Origin: an uncultured Acidobacteriota bacterium
GTDB lineage: Bacteria; Actinomycetota; Acidimicrobiia; Spongiisociales; ZC4RG35
NCBI GenBank assembly: GCA_963828465.1
Contig: CAWHEU010000014.1
Span: 1 to 24,850 of the forward strand
Reading direction: 5' to 3'
DNA length: 24,850 nt
Below, piece by piece: positions 18,375-24,850 of this stretch; position 1 is the stretch's first letter, and each line of letters starts with the position of its first letter. The position numbers and the translations under genes are program-made. The notes below the pieces were generated by a model. It was not told the origin of the DNA. It saw nothing but the letters and a program-made list of their open reading frames with translations, and made no database searches.

Positions 18375-19478
18375 ATGACCAGGCCCCTCGTCGAGGAATG
18401 TGAGCGGCTCGGCCATGCCCTGATCGAAGTGGCCGAGACCAGCACTCCGGGAGAGGTCAACCGCCCGCTGCTCGAGGCCCTGGCCAACCACGGGCTTTTC
18501 GACCGTCTCTTCTCCGACGAAACGGTCACCGCCACCGACCTCTGCTCTATCCGCCAAGGGCTGGCTCGGGTTTCCACCGAAGCCGAGACGGCATTCGCCG
18601 TCCAGGGGCTCGGGGCAATCCCAGTTCATCTCTCGGGAGCCCCGCAGTTGAGGGATCACCTGATGCCGGGCGTTCGGAGTGGCGAAACCGTCGCCGCCTT
18701 CGCTTTGACCGAGCCGGGGGCGGGGTCGGACGCCGCGGCGCTCTCCACCGTCGCCGAGACAGACGGGGATGGATTCCGGATCAGTGGTGAGAAGGCATAC
18801 ATCTCCAACGCACCCGACGCCGACATTTACACGCTGTTCGCCCGGACCACTCCCGGCGCCGGATCCCGTGGTATCACCGCGTTCGTCGTCGGCAGCGAGA
18901 TGGATGGTGTGAGCGGGGAGAGGATCACGATGCTCTCCCCACATCCGCTGGGGCGGATCCACCTGGATGGTGTCTACGTGCCAAAGACGAACGTCCTGGG
19001 CGAGGTCGACCACGGGTTCAGGGTCGCTATGCAAACGCTGGACCTCTTCCGCCCCAGCGTCGGCGCTTTTGCCCTCGGAATGGCGGAGGCGGCGCTGCGC
19101 ATCGCAACCGGTCATGCCATGACCCGCACTGCTTTCGGCACCCCGATCTCCGATTTCCAGGGCGTCTCGCATCAACTGGCCGATGTGCGTCTCGACATAG
19201 AGGCGGCCGAGTTGCTCGTGTATTCGGCGGCCGCCGCCCACGACGACGGCGACGCCGAGACGCTCACCGGCAAGGCCGCTATGGCCAAGCTCCATGCGAC
19301 CGAGACCGCGCAACGGGCGGTAGACACTGCGATCCAGGTCCTCGGGGCAAGAGGTCTCGAGGCCGACACCACCCTGGCCCATCTCTATCTCGAAGTGCGA
19401 GCGCCGCGCATCTACGAAGGCACCTCCGAGATCCAGCGCAACATCATCGCTCGAGAGCTGTTCAACGGGCGGATCTGA
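18375..19478 (+). CDS. Acyl-CoA dehydrogenase family protein, AbmD-like
   Basis: AFALTEPGAGSD, GEKAYISNA, GFRVAMQTLDLFRPSVGA, R.AFG.PI..FQ, AAMAKL, catalytic IYEGTSEIQ. Confidence 0.94.
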   Translation: MTRPLVEECERLGHALIEVAETSTPGEVNRPLLEALANHGLFDRLFSDETVTATDLCSIRQGLARVSTEAETAFAVQGLGAIPVHLSGAPQLRDHLMPGVRSGETVAAFALTEPGAGSDAAALSTVAETDGDGFRISGEKAYISNAPDADIYTLFARTTPGAGSRGITAFVVGSEMDGVSGERITMLSPHPLGRIHLDGVYVPKTNVLGEVDHGFRVAMQTLDLFRPSVGAFALGMAEAALRIATGHAMTRTAFGTPISDFQGVSHQLADVRLDIEAAELLVYSAAAAHDDGDAETLTGKAAMAKLHATETAQRAVDTAIQVLGARGLEADTTLAHLYLEVRAPRIYEGTSEIQRNIIARELFNGRI

Positions 19479-19487
19479 AGCGAGTAG

Positions 19488-19886
19488 CTATCCAGCCATG
19501 GCGGCGCGGACCATGATGCAAGCGTGGGCTAGCCAATTGAAGGCGCCCGCGTCCAGCTTCTCCATCAACTCCGGGGATTCGGCCCCGGGCTGGAGCCAGA
19601 TGTTGAGGATGCCCGCCTGCTCGCACTCGTCGACCACGTCGAGCCCGCGACGGGCCGGAATCACGAAATCGGCGATGGCCGGCGTCTCCGGAAGGTCGAG
19701 AACAGTCTTCCAACACGGATCGCCGTCCACCGTTTCCCGATAGGGATTGACGGCCAGGACACGAATCCCTCGGCGCTTGAGGTCCCGGTAGATGATCCCG
19801 CCGTACTTGGTGGGATGGTCCGTGGCCCCGATCACCGCAACCGAGGCGCCTGGCTCGCCCAGGAGGGGGGTGAGGTCAGTCATCAT
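19488..19886 (-). CDS. Small CoA-binding protein (YccU-like)
   Basis: VAVIGATDHPTKYG, AVNP, IWLQPGAES, ACIMV. Confidence 0.9.
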   Translation of the reverse strand: MMTDLTPLLGEPGASVAVIGATDHPTKYGGIIYRDLKRRGIRVLAVNPYRETVDGDPCWKTVLDLPETPAIADFVIPARRGLDVVDECEQAGILNIWLQPGAESPELMEKLDAGAFNWLAHACIMVRAAMAG

Positions 19887-19948
19887 GTGCCCGGCACGGT
19901 ATCGGCCTCGCCCGTCTTGTCGGGAATCAACCCGGTACCGTCCTCGTC

Positions 19949-21457
19949 GTGACGGAGGTTGTCGTCGATGGCGGTCCACTCACCCCGAGCCAGGTGGTGG
20001 AGGTCGCCCATCGCCGGGCCCGGGCGATACCGGGGCCTGACCTCGCAAACCGAATGGAACCTGCGCGCGCCGTGGTCGACGCAGCGGTCGAGTCGGGAGA
20101 CGTCGTCTACGGGATCACGACCGGCTTCGGCGCTCTCGCTTCCACCCGCATAAATCGTGACGAGGCGGAAACTCTCCAGTACAACCTGATCCGATCGCAC
20201 GCCTCCGGGGTCGGGCCGCCTCTGCCCGATGCTCTCGTCCGGGCCATTCTCCTGCTCCGGGCGAGAACCTTGGCGCAGGGTCACTCGGGTGTGCGGCCCG
20301 TCGTTGTGGAACGTCTCCTCGAGATGCTGGACCGTGACATCCTCCCCGTCATCCCCTCCCAGGGGTCGGTGGGGGCGTCGGGGGATCTCGCCCCCTTTGC
20401 CCACATGGCACTGCCGCTGATCGGCGAGGGGCGGGTCAAGGTCGACGGAGCCATCGTCCTTGCGGCGGACGCCGGTATGGCCCCGCTGGCCCTGCAGGCG
20501 AAGGAAGGCCTTTCCCTGCTCAACGGGACCGAGGGCATGACGGCCATGGGCGTCCTTTCACTCCACGAGGCACACCAGCTCTTGATCGCAGCGGACGCTG
20601 CCTGTGCCATGACCATCGAGGCGATGATGGGAAGTGCCAGGCCCTTCCGGGAGGACGTGCATCTTCTGCGGCCGCATCCCGGTCAGATCGCCTCCGCCCG
20701 GCGCATCGCTTCAATGATCGACGGCAGCCCGATCGGGGCCAGTCACGAACACGATTTCGACCATGCCGTGCAAGACGCCTATTCCCTCCGCTGCGCCCCC
20801 CAGGTCCACGGGGCAGTTGCCGACACGCTGGACCACATGGAGGCCGTGCTCTCCCGTGAGATGGAATCAGTAGTCGACAACCCGATCGTCTTCCCCGAGA
20901 CGGGTGAGGTGGTGTCAGCCGGAAACTTCCATGGCCAGCCGCTTGCCTTCGTGCTCGATTTCGCAGCCATCGCCGTTTCCGAGCTCGCCTCGATCTCGGA
21001 GCGGCGTACCGATCGTCTCCTCGACCCGGCGCGATCCCGCGGTCTCCCTGCCTTTCTCGCCAGCAACCCGGGCGTGCAATCCGGGTACATGATCGGCCAG
21101 TACGTGCAAGCGGCGTTGGTCGCCGAGAACAAGGTGCTGGCTCATCCCGCCTCGGTCGACACGATCCCCACTTCGGGCAACCAGGAGGATCACGTGTCGA
21201 TGGGATGGGGGGCGGGTCTGAAGTTGAACCAGATCCTGGGCAATGCGCGCAGAGTGGTGGCCATCGAGATGCTCTGTGCAGCCCAGGGCATCGAATACCG
21301 CAGTCCTCTCCTTCCCGCTCCCGGGACAGCCGCCATGGTGGGTCTGGTCCGCGCCCACGTCCCACCCCTGGCCGAGGATCGGTCACTCACCGATGAGATC
21401 GAGGCGGTGGCCGCCCTCATTGCCGATGGATCGGTGGCTGCGGCAGCCAACAGGTGA
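19949..21457 (+). CDS. hutH: Histidine ammonia-lyase
   Basis: VYGITTGFG, NLIRSH (HAL-type SH), MIO motif GSVGASGDLAP, KEGLSLLNGT, QDAYSLRC.PQVHG, GNFHGQP, NQEDHVSMG. Confidence 0.97.
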   Translation: MTEVVVDGGPLTPSQVVEVAHRRARAIPGPDLANRMEPARAVVDAAVESGDVVYGITTGFGALASTRINRDEAETLQYNLIRSHASGVGPPLPDALVRAILLLRARTLAQGHSGVRPVVVERLLEMLDRDILPVIPSQGSVGASGDLAPFAHMALPLIGEGRVKVDGAIVLAADAGMAPLALQAKEGLSLLNGTEGMTAMGVLSLHEAHQLLIAADAACAMTIEAMMGSARPFREDVHLLRPHPGQIASARRIASMIDGSPIGASHEHDFDHAVQDAYSLRCAPQVHGAVADTLDHMEAVLSREMESVVDNPIVFPETGEVVSAGNFHGQPLAFVLDFAAIAVSELASISERRTDRLLDPARSRGLPAFLASNPGVQSGYMIGQYVQAALVAENKVLAHPASVDTIPTSGNQEDHVSMGWGAGLKLNQILGNARRVVAIEMLCAAQGIEYRSPLLPAPGTAAMVGLVRAHVPPLAEDRSLTDEIEAVAALIADGSVAAAANR

Positions 21458-22659
21458 GCGATCTCCTCGTCACCGGGATCGGGCATCTCACGACCCACGA
21501 AGGCGAAGCGATGGTCGACGCTGTGGTCAAAGTCGAGGATGGATCGGTCGTCTACGCCGGACCCGGCTCCGACGCCCCGGACCAGGGACCCTCCCCCAGG
21601 GTCGAGTGTGAGGGACGGGCCGTCCTGCCCGGATTCGTCGACAGCCACACTCACCTCGTTTTCGCGGGGGACCGGGCGGGAGAGTTCTCGATGAAGATGG
21701 CCGGTGCCACCTATGCCGACGTGGCGAAAAGCGGTGGAGGAATCCTGTCGACCGTGGCGGCAACCCGTGATGCATCGGAGGATGAACTCTTCGCCGAGGC
21801 TGCCACCAGAGTCAGGAGGATGATCGCCGCAGGGACGACGACTGTTGAGATCAAGTCCGGATACGGCCTGGACCTCGAAACCGAGTTGCGCCTTCTTCGG
21901 GTCGCCAGGAGGATCGGAAACGAGTTGCCGATAACGGTCAGGACCACATTTCTGGGAGCACACGCCCTGCCGCCCGAGTTCCGAAACGATCGGACGGGCT
22001 ATGTCGACCTCCTGATCGATGAGATGCTGCCCGCCGCCGCCCCGCTTGCCGACTACTGCGACGTCTTCGTCGAGGAGGGCGCCTTCTCAGTCGACGAGGC
22101 GAGGCGCATCTTCGCCGCTGCCAAGGGCCACGGCCTGGGAGCGTGTGTTCACGCCGAGCAATTGACCCATTCCAGTGGAGCAGCGCTGGCGGCCGAGATC
22201 GGGGCCGTCACCGCCGATCATCTCGATCACGTCACAGAGGGCGACGCCATCGCCCTCGCCGACGCGGGCGTCGTCGCAGTCCTGGTCCCCGGTGCCTCCT
22301 ACATGATGCGCTCACCTCAGGCACCCGGCGCCATGCTGATCCAACACGGCGTGTCTGTCGCCCTGGCCACCGACTGCAACCCGGGGACCTCCTACTTCGA
22401 GTCGATGGGCACGGTGATCAGCCTCGCGGTAGTCCAGATGGGGCTCACTACCGAGCAGGCGATCTATGCCGCCACCAGGGGCGGGGCGCTCGCCCTGGGA
22501 ATGGAGGGGCACGGCGCGATCACGACCGGGTCCGCCGGCGATCTAGTGGTGCTCGATGCCGCCTCCCCGGCGCACATCCCATACCGGCCCGGGACCAACC
22601 TGGTGTGGAAGACGATCAAGGCGGGTCGGGTCGTGGCCGGCGATCTGGTTCCCGGGTAG
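21454..22659 (+). CDS. hutI: Imidazolonepropionase
   Basis: PGFVDSHTHLVFAGDR, GGGILSTV.ATR, EIKSGYGL, TFLGAH, HAEQL, ADHL, ALATDCNPG; GTGA overlap with hutH. Confidence 0.96.
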   Translation: MSDLLVTGIGHLTTHEGEAMVDAVVKVEDGSVVYAGPGSDAPDQGPSPRVECEGRAVLPGFVDSHTHLVFAGDRAGEFSMKMAGATYADVAKSGGGILSTVAATRDASEDELFAEAATRVRRMIAAGTTTVEIKSGYGLDLETELRLLRVARRIGNELPITVRTTFLGAHALPPEFRNDRTGYVDLLIDEMLPAAAPLADYCDVFVEEGAFSVDEARRIFAAAKGHGLGACVHAEQLTHSSGAALAAEIGAVTADHLDHVTEGDAIALADAGVVAVLVPGASYMMRSPQAPGAMLIQHGVSVALATDCNPGTSYFESMGTVISLAVVQMGLTTEQAIYAATRGGALALGMEGHGAITTGSAGDLVVLDAASPAHIPYRPGTNLVWKTIKAGRVVAGDLVPG

Positions 22660-22670
22660 GGTCGAGATCC

Positions 22671-23114
22671 ATGCGAGATGGCCTCTTGTTCCTCCATATC
22701 GTGGGAGTGGCCGGCTGGCTCGGGGGCGGCGTGTACGCCTTCTACACGCATTCGGCCCTGGCAACGATGGAGCCAGCGGCAGCAGGACCGGCGCTCCAGC
22801 GCCTGAAGAAGGTCGAGGACCGGTTCTTCGGGCCGGCAAGCGGTCTCGTCCTGCTCTCCGGAATTGGCTTGGTGCTCACATCGGAGGCTTTTGGTTGGGG
22901 CGATACCTTCGTCCTCATCGGCCTCGGCGCCTTCCTTATCAGCGCGATCATCGGCGCCACCGTCGGCAAGAGAAACAGCGAGAGCCTGGCCGAGGCGACG
23001 AGTACGGGGTCCGACGTCGAATCAGCGCTCAAGTCGTGGCGTCGGGGGACGGTCTGGGACTTCGTCATCCTCGCCGTCGTCATCTGGGCGATGATCACCA
23101 AGCTCGGGGCCTGA
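22671..23114 (+). CDS. Four-TM membrane protein, DUF2269-like
   Basis: 147 aa; LLFLHIVGVAGWLGG, LLSGIGL, C-terminal WAMITK. Family name is from pattern recall. Confidence 0.75.
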   Translation: MRDGLLFLHIVGVAGWLGGGVYAFYTHSALATMEPAAAGPALQRLKKVEDRFFGPASGLVLLSGIGLVLTSEAFGWGDTFVLIGLGAFLISAIIGATVGKRNSESLAEATSTGSDVESALKSWRRGTVWDFVILAVVIWAMITKLGA

Positions 23115-24173
23115 TTGCTCGTGGATCGGGCCAGGATCGACGGTTTTCTGGACCATTTCGTCGATCTCGCCTCGGGGGCGACCACCATTGGATTACTCGC
23201 CGTCGCCGACCGTAGTGGCCTGTCCCAGCATCTCGGGGAGGTGGGTGGCGGCACCGCTGAGGATCTGGCGCAGGGCGCAGGTCTCGAGAGACGATACGTG
23301 GAAGAGATCCTCTCGGGTCTGGCCGCAGCCGGAGTGGTCGTGTACGACGCGGGGTCTCGCAGATTCGATCTTCCGGCTGAACACGCCCTCTTCATCGCTG
23401 ACGAGTCGAGCCCCTACTTCATGGGCGGGTTCTTCGACCTGCTCCCGGCCATCCTGAGCCAGGTCGATCAGGTCGCCACTGCCACCAGGCAGGGCGGAGG
23501 TGTGCCTTTCGAGGCCTTCGGCGAGATGGCGATCCGGGGCATCGACCGTTCCAACACGCCATCCCAGACGGTCTTCCTCATCAATCGATGGCTCCCAGCA
23601 GTCCCCGGCCTGGTCCCGGTCCTGGAGGAGGGCGGCACCCGGGTCGCCGACGTCGGATGTGGCTCCGGCACGGCGGCGATCCAGATGGCCCGGGCCTTCC
23701 CCAACACCCAGGTGGCAGGGTTCGACGTCTCAACCGATTCTGTGGAGATCGCCCGAAGTCGAGCGAGCGGCCTCTCCAACCTCGAGTTCGCCGACCTCGA
23801 CGTGAGCGAGATCCCCACCGATCCGCGCTTTCGGCTGGTCACCACCTTCGACGTGATCCACGACCTCGCCGATCCGCTGTCCGGTATGCGCCGGATCCGC
23901 GAGGCGCTGGCCGACGATGGTGTCTACCTGATGATGGAGCCCAACACCGGCTCGAAGCTCGAGGACAACCTCGATGCGAGGGGTGCGATGCTGTACGGGG
24001 TTTCCACCCTGCATTGCATGACCCAGTCACTGGCACAGGATGGTGCGGGTCTCGGGGCAGCCTGGGGTCGGGAGAGAGCGGAGGCGATGGCCGGAGAGGC
24101 GGGATTCGGGTCCTTTCAGCCGCTGGAGAGCATCTCGAACAAGTTCTCGGCGTTCTATCTGCTGACCCGTTAA
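23115..24173 (+). CDS. Class I SAM-dependent methyltransferase with N-terminal winged helix (Rv2258c-like)
   Basis: GLERRYVEE, F.LPAEHA, VADVGCGSG, GFDVS, FDVIHDLADP, YGVSTLHCMTQSLA..GAGLGAAWG. Start TTG 23115 or GTG 23121. Confidence 0.92.
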   Translation: MLVDRARIDGFLDHFVDLASGATTIGLLAVADRSGLSQHLGEVGGGTAEDLAQGAGLERRYVEEILSGLAAAGVVVYDAGSRRFDLPAEHALFIADESSPYFMGGFFDLLPAILSQVDQVATATRQGGGVPFEAFGEMAIRGIDRSNTPSQTVFLINRWLPAVPGLVPVLEEGGTRVADVGCGSGTAAIQMARAFPNTQVAGFDVSTDSVEIARSRASGLSNLEFADLDVSEIPTDPRFRLVTTFDVIHDLADPLSGMRRIREALADDGVYLMMEPNTGSKLEDNLDARGAMLYGVSTLHCMTQSLAQDGAGLGAAWGRERAEAMAGEAGFGSFQPLESISNKFSAFYLLTR

Positions 24174-24850
24174 GGGGAGGTCGTCGCCAATGCTTGCGCC
24201 GGGCGTTCCGGTCGAGACCGAAGTCGGCCGGGGTGACGCCTCCGGGATGGCGCGCCTTTGGGCCGGACACGGCGTCGACACACAGCATCCCGCATTCGAT
24301 CAGGTCCACTCCTACCCACACGAACTCCCATGGCTCGGGGTTGGGGCCCTGGGCATTGACGTTGTCGGGGTAGGACGGGATGAAGCCAAACCTCTTGGCG
24401 TTGTAGAGAAGTTCTCGGCCGCCAGCCAGGCGTAGTGGGGCGTGTCCCTGAACTCCCCGAACGTCCCGTCCGTATATCGAAAATCGAGGGCGTACCCGCT
24501 GTGATGCTTCGAGGTCCCCGGGATCGAGTACCAGGTGAGGGCGGCGTCGATTGCCTCGTCGGTGGTGCCCCTCAGCTTCGAGGTGAACTGGGTTCGCTGG
24601 CTCTCCGGCGACCGATAAGCGGAGGAGACGACGAATCCGTGGCCGGCGGCCCGCGCCGCGTCCTTCAGCTCGAGCCAGGCGGCCGCTGCCTGCGGTTGCA
24701 TCGGGACGCCGTCGGCGCTGCCGAGATCGGGACCGGCGATCGGCCGCAACACGTAGCCACGGTCGGTAGCGCTTCTCCAGATCCGCGCATCTAGAGCGGC
24801 GTCCCCGGTGATGGGAAGACGACCCGATGGAGGCGCCAGATTGGGCAGGG
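24170..24850 (-). CDS. M15B (VanY-like) D-alanyl-D-alanine carboxypeptidase, 5' end outside window, frameshifted
   Basis: SSAYRS..SQ, SIPGTSKHHSGYALDF, WLAAEN, then in another frame FGFIPSYP..PEPWEFVWVG (Glu where ExWH usually has His). The stop position is uncertain; TAA at 24170-24172 assumed. Confidence 0.85.

Noticed and set aside
918-19382. Long antisense or alternate-frame ORFs (e.g. 918-2036 +, 7782-8918 +, 16935-17846 +, 18291-19382 -)
   Set aside because: Shadow ORFs of high-GC genes: no recognisable motifs and they overlap well-supported genes on the other strand.
7308-19478. Secondary-metabolite (quinolone or quinoxaline) biosynthetic cluster using anthraniloyl-CoA
   Set aside because: No FabH/PqsD-like, PKS, NRPS or carrier-protein genes; accompanying enzymes are of catabolic type.
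19918-19941. TGTCGG upstream of hutH as a PafBC element
   Set aside because: Spacing to the -10 is 12 nt rather than 10, and hutH is not a repair gene.
19949-21457. Phenylalanine/tyrosine ammonia-lyase or aminomutase feeding the CoA ligase
   Set aside because: HAL-type SH and QEDH residues and coupling to hutI indicate histidine.
1-24850. CRISPR arrays, IS/integrase genes, tRNA/rRNA, defence systems
   Set aside because: None seen; intergenic gaps are at most about 114 bp and nearly all sequence is accounted for by coding regions.

Overview
High-GC (roughly 65-67% by eye) bacterial chromosomal window, most consistent with an actinobacterium (inference from purN-purH-folD order, a Nur regulator with a Nur-type operator, many leaderless promoters and an Rv2258c-like methyltransferase). 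Many genes in 1-4.4 kb, 8.8-10.3 kb, 13.0 kb, 14.8 kb and 24.3 kb are split across frames by small indels, which looks like uncorrected long-read error rather than decay. Content in order: folD-purH-purN (-); rhodanese, a membrane-anchored protein, a DUF5671-like polytopic protein and an acyltransferase (+); dinB and a benzoate/anthranilate-type CoA ligase (-); a nickel ECF transporter nikMN-Q-O with nur (-); SDR, alpha/beta hydrolase, long-form tryptophan 2,3-dioxygenase and an atypical kynureninase-like PLP enzyme (+); RidA, a crotonase and a 12-TM His-containing membrane protein (-); acyl-CoA dehydrogenase (+); CoA-binding protein (-); hutH-hutI, a DUF2269-like protein and a SAM methyltransferase (+); and a partial M15B D,D-carboxypeptidase (-). 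Best leads: (1) a dispersed Trp -> anthranilate -> anthraniloyl-CoA catabolic neighbourhood with non-canonical parts and no kynB or abmA in the window; (2) a 12-TM protein with His in helices 2, 6 and 10 (heme-copper oxidase/NnrS-like layout, no CuB HH pair) heading the crotonase-RidA operon; (3) a perfect Nur-type palindrome at the nikM promoter; (4) a candidate PafBC-type, LexA-independent promoter on dinB. No mobile elements, CRISPR arrays or RNA genes were recognised.
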